Assembly (NCBI GenBank): GCA_051294905.1
Contig: CM119372.1
Coordinates: forward strand, 1,116,001 to 1,180,000
DNA from: Botryllus schlosseri
Taxonomy: Eukaryota
Length of the DNA: 64,000 nucleotides
Direction: 5' to 3'
The position numbers were made by a program, and so were the translations under genes. Below, one piece after another: positions 39,073 to 64,000 of this stretch. A model generated the notes under the pieces. It ran no database searches. It was not told where the DNA came from and worked only from the letters and a program-made list of their open reading frames with translations. The first letter of the stretch is position 1, and every line of letters starts with the position of its first letter.

Positions 39073-42000
39073 ACGTGCAAACCTATACCAGTTCATCGGG
39101 TCAAATCGATCCATTATGACGTATATATCATTAGCAGTAATCTTGGACATATTCAATCTATAGCGTACAGCGAATAATCATGTAATAAATATTACACGTT
39201 ATATATATTGTCTTGCACTTGGTTCAACTGCAATAACAAATAAGGCGATCAACTTACGTTTTTCACGTGCGAACCTATACCAGTTTATCGGGTCAATCCG
39301 ATTCATTATGACGTATATATCATTAGCAGTAATCTCAGACATATTCGATCTACAGCGTACAGCGAATAATCATGTAATAAATATTACACGTTATATATTG
39401 CCTTGCACTTGGTTCAACTACAATAACAAATAAGGCGATCAACTTACGCAATAATGACGTAATCATATCTCAGCGTTACTGGAACCAAGCAAAGCCGCTC
39501 TCGTAATAACTAAGGTCATCAACTACGCAATCATAATGACGTAATCATTACTGGACATGCTTCAACTGCAATACGCAATCATAATGAAGGTAATCAACTT
39601 ACGCAATAATGATGTAATAATATCTCAGCGTTACTGAACTGGAACTATGCTATCTCTCACACAACCAAAACCTCTCTCGTATTGGAAACACGCACATAAT
39701 GTTCTGCGTTCTGATTGGCTAAGAGATGTCACGTGATTAAATACTCTAAGCCCATTGGTCCGCATGGCGATACTCTGTCTATTACTACTGTGCCAACTTA
39801 TCTTTATGTGATGTAGAACTGCGAACTGGCATTATGTTCTTTATGGTCGCATGAAATGGTACATATTTGAACTTTCCGCATGAGTGATACTCGAATGCTC
39901 GACTCGACTCGAAGCCCAATAGTCGGTTCAGAATAGAATATCTCATGTAGGCTCGATTCACCCGACCTTAAGTATATAGGCCTACATCGCAGGATTTTTG
40001 AATGGTTGTAGGCGCAAAACCCGATCCGGAAATAGTCGAGGATTGTTTTCGGAATAGGTAACCCAATACCACCCTTCAGAGAATCCAGCGTAAGCATGCA
40101 ATAAGTTTTCGCGAAGCGTGGATTTCTTTTAATGATATCAAACAAATCTGGTCAACTTTCCGGCCCAGCTCCCGAAATACCCGCCGGAGCGTTGCTTCAG
40201 TGTTGATTTACTGTATCCAAGTCGATTTTGCCATATTTTTAACCAAACTCGAAAAAACAGGACAAAATCTCAAAAAAGAGAACATTTGGGCGTCCTCCGA
40301 GGATACTTTCAAAAAAGTCAAAAAAAGAGGACAAATCCTCTTAAGAGGACGCATGGTAACCCTACCTAATATTCCATGTTCATATCTCTACATCTCATCC
40401 AATTCCGAATGATGATCGCATGAAAACTCTCTCGGATTTATCCGAATTTCAACTTTTCTCCTGTTCTTTTACATGAAAGAGTCGACGACTTTCAGCGGTC
40501 AGACTTGGAAAACTAGACAATTCTCGTTGTCTTTTAGAGCGAAATCCAGGTTTCCTTGCTCTAACTGTAATTCTAATCTAAATTCTGGTTTTCCTGAAAA
40601 TGCTGCATGCGAACCGTACAGTGCGAGATGAGCAAAATCTTGCTGTACAGACATTTGACATTCTCATGCTTTAAGAACTGAACCTATACTAATTTCCCAG
40701 TTTTAATGCATTAAATAATTCAAATTCTAACCTAATTTGGAAAAACTGTGTAGCTATAATTTCAATTGTAATCCAATTTATAAAAAACTGCGTAGCTATA
40801 TTATTCTAATTTTAATCTAATTTATAAAAACTTAAAACTATCCAGTGGTTCATTTCTGTTAGCGCCCGCGCTGTGAGCTGAGTTAAGTATTCCTGAATAA
40901 TGGCTCACGCCACTTTTGAGAGGCCTTGATTGGACCTGCGAAGATTGCGAGAATAAAGCATTGGTTTCCGCATATATGCTGTCGCGCGACCGTGTAGGTT
41001 GGTAATCCTATAGGATGAGATATGACTTCGTTACTACAATTTCGTTCTGCATCCTCACTCGATTTACTTGATGCATACTGCGGAACTAAATGAACTCGCA
41101 TTCTGAACGCTATAAATTAGTTAATAGCCAAATTGCCGAGCCTGTTGTACCGTGAGAGCTAAATGACTAACTCCGCGCAATAGCTATAGTCGAATCGTGT
41201 AACTCAACTCCAATTGTTACCTTACGTGTCTGTTAGTTTGGGACACGCGACATGTTGTAATCAGATACGGGGAGGCTTTCAAACACGACAAAGACTAGTA
41301 CGCAAATCAGTTAATTGGATCAGCGAGGACATCGCGCTCATTCCGCACAAGTAATAACACCGGTGTGATTATAATATTCCGATTCCAATGGCGGCCTGCG
41401 TGAAAATAATGCCCCGCCATGAACGTCATATGCCACAACGTATCCTGCAACATAGCACTAGCGACATTTTTCAACTTTTTTTTGTTGCTTTTCTGGAACG
41501 AATAATTGTGTTAATCTAATTTGACGATGCTGATTCCGGATTTGCCGTCAGAACTCACTCATCACATCACAACTTTTCGCCAAAATCGAATAAAAATTTT
41601 ACTCAAAAAACGGCTGTATTAAGTGCCCTTATGCCCGTTTACGTTAAATACGCCGTAATTAAATACACCACAATTAAATACGCCGTAGCGTGACGGTTTG
41701 CACAAGTCAGAATGTCCGAGTTGTTAATGGAGTTGCTGCCGAAAGGCAGTATAGCGGTAAAAACACAAAACACGATGCCCGCATGCAAGACTTCCGCAAA
41801 TGGATCCACCAGATTTCTTGTCGTGGTTTTAACAATGTATCATATTGTTGCAAAGCAATTTAGTAAACAGGACATTCTGGTGTTTTACGATAGAATCTTC
41901 CTCGGTAATATGTCAAAGGCGGGCGGGTAGTGCATTAGCCTCTCCTTTTCTGTGGCAAATACCGGTAATGCTTGCACCCGAAGGAGCAGTTGCAAATCTT

Positions 42001-42219
42001 CTTAAGTTTTGGAGTCTTATATTACAAAGATGAGAATGAAATCATGACATAGTCTAGAAGTAAAGAGCGTAAATTAAAGTAGGTAATTAAATAGAAATAG
42101 TGCAAGTAATGATCCATTAAGTAGTGTAGCTGATACGAACCTTATCCATTCGACGGTACGATTTGCTCAAGTCAGAATTAGCCTAATGTCCGAGTTGTTA
42201 TAGAATCTTTGCTATAACG

Positions 42220-43742
42220 CAGTGCTCTTCAACCTTTTTCGTCGTGCTGGTACTCGATACTCGTACACCCCTGACCACATAACTCACTGATTCCGCATAT
42301 AAGCCTAATCCAGGGGTGTTCAAACTACAATTGCTACTCACGGACGTGCAAAGATTTCACATATAGCATACGGCCGCATTCCGGAGGAAAGTCGTCATGG
42401 CTCATCTGGACGTCATATACTAATGTAAAATTGGTTACAGCGGAACTACTGGGAATTTTCCATCTGGAGGATTAATTTCGTCGATAGTATTGGCAGCTTC
42501 ATATGTTACTGTCAAATGTTTATCCATTGTTATTAGCCAACGTGATCAGATTAAACGACATAGCTGGAGAGTGTCTCTGAAAATGTTGGGCACAAAATTA
42601 TTGATGATGCATCTTCGGGTTTTTATTAATCACTTTGTTGCATTTTTTTTTTAATTTTTTGACCTCCCATCAGAATTAGCAAATAAAGAAGCAAATAAAT
42701 TAGGAGTATTATTTGCCTATGACATCAGAAAAGAATGTAATGGTGCGAAATACACACCCGGTCAAGATGTTCTGAAGCATAAACTTGCCTATTTATTGTG
42801 ATAGCTAGTCATTGGTCAATTTTAATGCGAATCTGGTACATCCCTACACCGCATCTGAGTGGAACACCCTTTTAAATTTTTGGTACACCCTAGGGCAGCG
42901 GTTCTCAACCGGGGGTCCGCGAAGCATTTTCTAGGGGTCAGCGAAGCCTCAAAATAGTTGATAAGCTGATTTGTATTTTTTTTAATTCGAAAAATCACGA
43001 GGCAGTTTCGCTTCATTACTACAGTATAACTCCAGAGCTCACATTAACAGAATGGCAGTCTGAGATTAAATATCCTACTGTGCAGACTCATTAAATTGCC
43101 TAATTGTCAATAGCCTACGGATACAGCAGTTTGCTGTTTAGAGATGTTTTGTTGGGGATTGTGGAAAATAAGTTGAATGAGTATAGGTAAGTCACGGTGA
43201 CTTCGAAATGTTTACAAAAATCCATTTTCTTCTGTGATATATATAACCATTTTTCCATAATAACTGCAAGATAGGCTGCTAGATGGAAATGACCAGGCTT
43301 GACGTCATATGTTCATTAAAAAAATTGTTTGTCAATTTTGGTGTCATATTTGTTGCGATCATACCCAAATGTGCCGTCGAAAGCGTTACGCATTATTAAC
43401 ACATTCGCCACCACCTCTATTTGTGGAAATGGATTTTCGGCACTCGGTAATATTCTATCGAAGGCGAATTTCAAGAAATGCAATTGCAGAATTCGGTTTG
43501 AATTTATAGAAGTCAGCTCAGTTTCTACATGTAGGCTATAACATGATTATTTCCAAAAAATTCATTTGTTGCTGTTTATCACTAAGCCTACAGTTACAAT
43601 TTGCGCAAGACAAGACAGATGACGATTGCACCATAATTAAGCTAAATTTGAACTAAAACTTTGTCCGAAAGGGGTCCGCGAAGACGAAAAGGTTGAGAAC
43701 CACTGCCCTAGGGTGTACGAAACACTCGGTTGAAGAGCACTG
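42220..43742. mobile_element. hAT-type MITE with a nested MITE at 42896-43705
   Basis: CAGTGCTCTTCAACC...GGTTGAAGAGCACTG with TSD CTATAACG; inner CAGCGGTTCTCAACC...GGTTGAGAACCACTG with TSD CCCTAGGG. Confidence 0.85.
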
Positions 43743-44059
43743 CTATAACGTCTTTCTCTTCTTTTACAACTCAAGCAAGCCTTTACACACATCTTTTGAT
43801 AGTTATGTTCAAGTATTATCGTGAGTTCAATTACGCATAATCGCACATGTCTGCGGACATTCGACGTCATTCAGTGTCGTGATGTCCCTCTTTAATCACA
43901 ATAGCTAGTCAGCATACCCTTAACGGCATTGTCACCAATCCATCGAGAGAGGAGCCAACGCATGCTAGGCCTGAGATGCGATAGTTGGCCAGCGATTATA
44001 TCTTTCGTACTAGGCCTTTTGCAGATGACATTGTGTAGGCCAGCGACGATATCGTGCAT

Positions 44060-44573
44060 AGGGCTGGGCAAAATCGAGTACCTGAGTGATTCGATTCCGA
44101 ATCACGTAATATGCTTCGAGTCGAGTCGAGTAATCGAGTATCACTCATTATGACGTCATAACAGATTATGTTATGTCAAAGTTCAAATACGTATCTTTTA
44201 TGCCACCACACAGAACATAATGCCTGTTATCCAACACATTAAGGCTACTTTGGTATTTTTCGACCATACCGATTTCATTGCACTTAGTGACAATGTTGTT
44301 GGATGATCATGACTTCGGAAATGTGCTGATTCCAGTAACGTTCGTAGCTTTGTACTATATGTTTCTTATGTTACGATACGGCCAATCAAGGTTTCAAGGC
44401 TTCAACATGGAAAATTAGTATCGAAACTGTAATTTTCATTGATAAATTAACTTTCAGTGGCGAGGAGCGAACAATTTCAGTACTCGAAAAAATCGGCTTT
44501 TACTACTCGACTCGAATCATTAAAATTAATACTCGATTGAGATTCGAGTACTCGAACCATTGTACCCAGCCCT
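44060..44573. mobile_element. MITE, uninterrupted member of the family split by the 18-kb element
   Basis: AGGGCTGGGCA...TACCCAGCCCT termini; similar to 560-1023. Confidence 0.65.
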
Positions 44574-44922
44574 AATCGTGCACTGCACATTGCAGATGCG
44601 ATAGCGCAGGCCAGCGATGGTATATAGTGCGCACCGGGCCTATTGCAGATGCGATTCTTCAAGCCAATGGAACTAGGCTTGTTGGAGACGCGATAAATAA
44701 GGCCAGCTATGATTGACGAGTATACGGGTGCACGGCTATCAATGACCTAATTTCGCGATCATCTCAGCGGGAAATCGAGACCCGTTACATTTTGCACTGA
44801 GAATCTCGCTAATTGGCGACACGCTTATCGCTATAATTGACCTCGCGCAACGGGTTACCTCGCTCACATAAGCGGCAACAGGTAATGTCGTAAACGGAAA
44901 TACATTGCAATTTGTTCTAAAT

Positions 44923-46773
44923 CAGTGGTTCTCAACCGCCGGTCGGCGGACCGGTGCCGGTCTGCGACGACATTCCTGCCGGTCCGCCAGGTATATCACA
45001 ATTTTATAACTTAAATTCAAGATGCAATGTAAAAGGCTGGTCCATTGATCAAATAAATATAACATCAAATTTTAAACTTATCCAGAACTTCTTGAAGCAA
45101 CATTAGGGCTGGGTTCGATTTGACTTAAAGTTCATGACGTGTCCTTTGAAGACTTGCGAGCGACAAGTAAAGAACAGGTACGAGCTGACTCATCGCTAAA
45201 CAGCGCAGTTTGCGCGAGCATTCGCCTTCGATTCATTCATTTTGTACAGGACCGTAACCGGGGCACCCCAAACCGCCCAATTGGAGAAGGGCTAAGCTTG
45301 AAAAGAACCCGAAATTATTTTGCAAATGAATATCAGGGTTGTAACCAATGTCACAAGGTTCCAAGTCACAAGTCCATCTCACTTATTTAGTTTTGACTCG
45401 AGTCAAGTCGAGTCATTTTCAATTCACCACCGAGTCAAGTCCAAGTCCAAGTCACCGAGTAGACTGTCGAGTCCGAGTCATAGTGTTTTGACTCGAGACC
45501 GAGTCCAAGTCATTGTGTGGACTTTTCAGTTTCGAGTTAATGTCATGTGAAACCCACTTTTCACAACTCTACTCGGTGATATCGAATGCTTCTCATTCAT
45601 AATATCCACATTACCTTCACTTTTATCAGTTTCAGGTAGCGTTTTCAAGTACCGGTATTGATAGACGAAATAATATCAGCATGATAACTTTACTATTCTT
45701 TGAAATTGCAATGAAATGCCTGTCTTGGTAGCCCCAGTCCCGAGTCATATTACTTGGTTCGAGTCATGCGTAATGACTCGAGTACAAGTCGAGTCAATAC
45801 ACAAATTGGCTCGAGTCATTACAACCATGATGAACATAAATCATAGCGTATGTTTTTTTTTTGAAACTTTTTTCAACATTTTTCAATTTCTTTTCGCTCT
45901 TTGCGCGATTTAGTGTCACTAAATGTCTTGCATATCAGGCGCCCTTCTCCCAGAAATACGCATGATTAATAGAAATAGGCATTTGGGCGTCAGCCATTAC
46001 CGCGCCATATGACGTACCAACACATAATAATGAAGATTAGGTAACATGGGACTCCAAAAAGCGTGCCAAAAATAAGGCAGCGAGAAAACCGATTCAGTCA
46101 TGAATGATGGAAAATTTTCGCTATTAGCGCGTTTAAGCTATTTAAACTCTTTGCTTACACTGAGTAGAATGAATGTGCTCTCAAGTACAGGTGAAAACAT
46201 TCGCCGAACTGTGGCTTTATCGACCTGTAGGGCACAAGATCAACGCTTTTGGGGATGGGCTGACGAAGTGCCTTTTCTGCACAGATTGCCGGTATAGTAG
46301 CTGTAAGGTGTTTTCGTGCGTCGCGCATTGCATTCGTAGTTGCCAGAGTAGCCTATGCGTCCTGCGGCAGTGGGCAATGAGCAAGTTAGCTCGACAAGGT
46401 GCTTGGTTCGACTCCGAAACGCTTCTTGTATCGATTTTGTCGAAGAGAAGAATATTATTCGAGTTGACGTGGTTGATTAAACCCACGGCCTTCAGCACGA
46501 AACACTGTAAACGGTTCTCGGCGGTAGCACGTTTATCTGGATAGCAACGCAATTTTACATCGACTCAGCAGACTGGCTACCATAAAATCACATGGATGCC
46601 ATCGTGAAGATAATTTATTACGATCAAAACCCCCTAAATGTCACTCTCTAGCATCAAAAAACGGCTGCATGCTTTACATCTTGGCTTAATTTCAATTTTG
46701 AAAGTTCACCGGTCCGCCAGTCATTTTTTGAAATTTTACCGGTCCGCGAGGTGAAAAAGGTTGAGAACCACTG
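44923..46773. mobile_element. Non-autonomous hAT element with a nested MITE at 45334-45829
   Basis: CAGTGGTTCTCAACC...GGTTGAGAACCACTG; perfect TSD TTCTAAAT. Inner TSD ATGAATAT/ATGAACAT. Confidence 0.85.
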
Positions 46774-48606
46774 TTCTAAATAGCATAATCGGTGTTTATG
46801 CCAATACATGCCAAACAGTATTCTAGGTATGCGTTGCATACCTTACAAATAACTTTTTTTTTTCGGATTCCAGACATTCACCGATTAATTGTCAGGCTAC
46901 CCTAAACGCTGCACACCAAATTTCGTTAATTCTATCAAGTAGGCCTATTAAAATTATTAAGGGGAATTAAAAAAAATCAAATTTTTCTGCCAACCCCGTG
47001 AAATTGTTGTGTTGTCTTCTAAGACGAAGCAAAACAAATTTGACTCATTTCCAACTAGTGGAAGCGGACTTATTTGAGTTTATCGTTGATAATTCTCGGA
47101 AAACCCAAATTGGGAGTACCCAATAACTAGTAATTCGCGTTGCATAAATTCTCCAAAAATTACTCCATACTTTACGTTAATTAACGAAATAATTTTGAGC
47201 CTACCTAATTGGGGGTTTGGGGTGCGGCAGTTAAGATCCTGTGTGAGAGTACCGGTAATTTGTTCCATTGATACAAACAATCGTGAAAGTACCGTGTAAC
47301 AGCTACCTTTCTTTCAAAAACTGACCACCAGCTACGTGCCTGTCTATGTCTTTTTGTATCCTGTCATTTTATATTATCTTCTTTTACTTCGGATTCAGAG
47401 TGCATGCCTCCTTTTTACTCCGCCTGGAGGTCAGGTGTCTGATTTCGAAGACAACTTCAAATCGTTTTGACACCTTCTTACCCTTCATGTATCGCAGTCT
47501 TGCGGTGTATTGAAATGATGAAATTCAGATAAAAAACTGGTAATTTGAAAAAATTTGCCGGAAATATAATCGGGTGCCTTAAAAAATAATTTTTTAAATT
47601 AAATCCCTAAAGACCCGCTCCAACGTAAATTCAGTTGCCAGTGTTTTTTTAGTCAAATTTGTCGTCACAATCCAGATTTTGCATCGTTTATGGCATTTTT
47701 GATGTCCGTGTTCAATGGTCTGGAACTCAACGCTATTACGGACAAATTGTCAAAAAATAAGATATTTTTGATTTCTTGAAAGAGGGCGTATGGCAACATT
47801 ACTATATCGGCACAGATTTTGCAACTTTCCAGATCAGTCAGCCTTAAATCTGTGATATGCCGCTCAGCTTTCAGAAATTTTTTACGTATCAGAGATTTCC
47901 TAGTTCCGGACTTGGAAAACTAGATGATTCTTGCTTTGAAATTAGACAATTACAACAGAATGCTAGTAACCTAGTAGGCAAAATGTTTCTATGCTCCTAT
48001 TTTAATCACAATCTTATCTCTGGTTCACTCAAAGCTACAGCAAAACAGTAGCACAATACGAGCCAAGCTTAGTGCGCAAATGTTCATCATTTTCATGCTA
48101 GTAAGAATCAACTTTGCTTTAATACGAATAGAACTTGCCTTTTCTTGTATTTGTACTAATCCGGGATGTAATTCAAAATCCAAGTTCTCGCAAATTCACT
48201 AATTTTAATCATAATGTAATTCGGAAAAAACTGCCGCTATACTTTTAATTCGGAAAAACTCAATACTTTATTTCTCCACGTCCGCAGCGACCTAACAAAA
48301 CAACCTCACCCCAAGCAGCACAAAAGCAACGTTACGAAAGGTATTCATAATAATGAAGGACCATTGACTGAGCAAACGTCATTCACAGAATTAAAAGAGT
48401 CCGGCGACAGTCCCAGCTACAAACGCGCAGCAGGCAGTGAGGCAGGGTGTACTGGGCTGTAACACAGACTGCTTCAGAGTAAGAAGTGTGGTATAACCAA
48501 AGAAGCTAAAAGCATGTCAACTGAAATGGATCATGTGCCGGCTGCCAATATTTCGCATTCAGAGGCGTCCAATGTTGCCCGCGACCGTGTCAAATCGGGT
48601 TCTGGC

Positions 48607-57936
<9,330 letters not shown>

Positions 57937-58536
57937 TTCAAATCTATATCTCACGGGTTAATGAGAAATTACAGAACTGCTTCAGAAATAAACGACGAAA
58001 GTCTATATAAGTCTGTAGAACGACTTGGTCGATGACACCGCAATGTAACGATAATAGTGTATAAGACACAGTTCACCAGTGCTGTCAAGTTACATCACGT
58101 AGGAATGGGAAAGTATATCCCACGCAGAAAGTATGTCTGGAGCTTGCACTTACGAACTTAAAATAACCATCAACGAATCACGGAAGTCACGCCGATGGAA
58201 ATTTCAAAAAACAGACCCCATCAACCATCCTCGTCTGAAAGATGTTAGCGACCTCCGTGTTCAAATACATGCTCATTATTTGCTTTAGTTATTTAGGGAC
58301 ACGTTGTTGATAAGTTAAGGACTTGGGGGTATTCTTCGTGTCTGTTAGACCTTTCATAATAAATACGATATTGGAAGGCACCACAAGTTCGTATTGGGAA
58401 TTGTTCGTTACAGATACTTGCTCTGAAGGAATATTCCACATTCGTAATCGGTGCCCGGGGGTGAAAAAGCGCGCAAAAATTACCCGCGCTTTTACGCAAG
58501 ACTTGGCATTGCGATTCGGACGACGCAGATACTTAC

Positions 58537-58806
58537 TTTGGCGAAATTCACGCGAAAGATCGTTCGTTTATTTAAAGAGGTTGCGATTTAGACATAACCG
58601 CACATTTTCGATCCACGTGAATACCAACTCTTTCGCGGATTTTTGCTGAAAATTCAAGAACATCCGGGGCTTCTGAATATCGTCACGTGACTCCAATTAA
58701 CGCAGTCAGAATTCTCGTGCACGCCATTTCCTCTTCGAATTCAAAATCTGCGTTTTGCCAAGGATCCTGTTTTCTACGCTGTAGCTACACTGAAAACTCA
58801 ACGATA
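58537..58806. promoter_or_regulatory. Probable bidirectional promoter between HP1 and the hnRNP A gene
   Basis: Divergent ATGs are 870 bp apart; minus-strand GTAAGT donor at 58531-58536 suggests a non-coding HP1 first exon; palindromic E-box GTCACGTGAC at 58682-58691; CpG-rich. Confidence 0.55.
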
Positions 58807-63959
<5,153 letters not shown>

Positions 63960-64000
63960 GTAAATCTTTTGTGTGTATCTACTCTGTAGGTGGGGTAGGC

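Larger units (their letters stand above)
21773..39789. mobile_element. 18-kb palindromic element with Polinton/Maverick-type ends, non-autonomous
   Basis: Starts AGTAGTAATAG, ends CTATTACTACT; 6-bp TSD GTGCCA at 21767-21772 and 39790-39795; splits an older MITE; arms 21773-29514 and 29546-39789. Confidence 0.8.
29546..39789 (-). repeat. Right arm of the giant inverted repeat, interrupted by 29795-32286
   Basis: 29546-29794 mirrors 29266-29514; 32287-39789 mirrors 21773-29273. Confidence 0.97.

Noticed and set aside
21773..39789. Giant inverted repeat as an assembly or chimeric-read artefact
   Set aside because: It has a TSD, defined termini, arm-specific substitutions and a one-arm insertion with its own TSD. 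Read-level confirmation is still needed.
46173..46552. Overlapping 111-123 aa ORFs
   Set aside because: They lie inside a non-autonomous hAT element and are at most heavily decayed transposase with no intact motif.

Overview
AT-rich, intron-containing, repeat-dense animal genomic DNA (an invertebrate; an ascidian-like origin is a guess I cannot verify). Most ORFs in the supplied track are noise; the real genes are spliced. Host genes: a partial Cys-rich gene (+, 184-7902, tentative); a C-type-lectin/mucin-stalk/single-TM receptor gene (-, 10982-18408, first exon not found); a complete HP1/CBX chromobox gene (-, 48607-57936); and, head-to-head with it, the 5' part of an hnRNP A1/A2-type gene (+, 58807 to window end) with two intronic SNORD31-like box C/D snoRNAs. 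The main finding is an 18-kb element (21773-39789) that is a near-perfect palindrome with ~7.74-kb arms and a 31-bp apex, later interrupted in one arm by a 2.5-kb hAT-type insertion. It has Polinton/Maverick-type AGTAGT...ACTACT termini and a 6-bp target-site duplication (GTGCCA), and I recognise no Polinton genes in it. It carries two outward-facing copies of spliced host LRR exons, a truncated tRNA-Leu(UAA) and a hammerhead-bearing repeat. I read it as a snap-back, gene-capturing, non-autonomous Polinton derivative (inference). Other points: a near-intact GTF2IRD2/SPIN-like hAT transposon in an HP1 intron with an in-phase splice acceptor, Penelope-type repeats with minimal hammerhead motifs, degraded 28S rDNA inside a MITE, and many nested hAT and piggyBac-type MITEs and SINEs. 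All alignments and exon models were made by eye.
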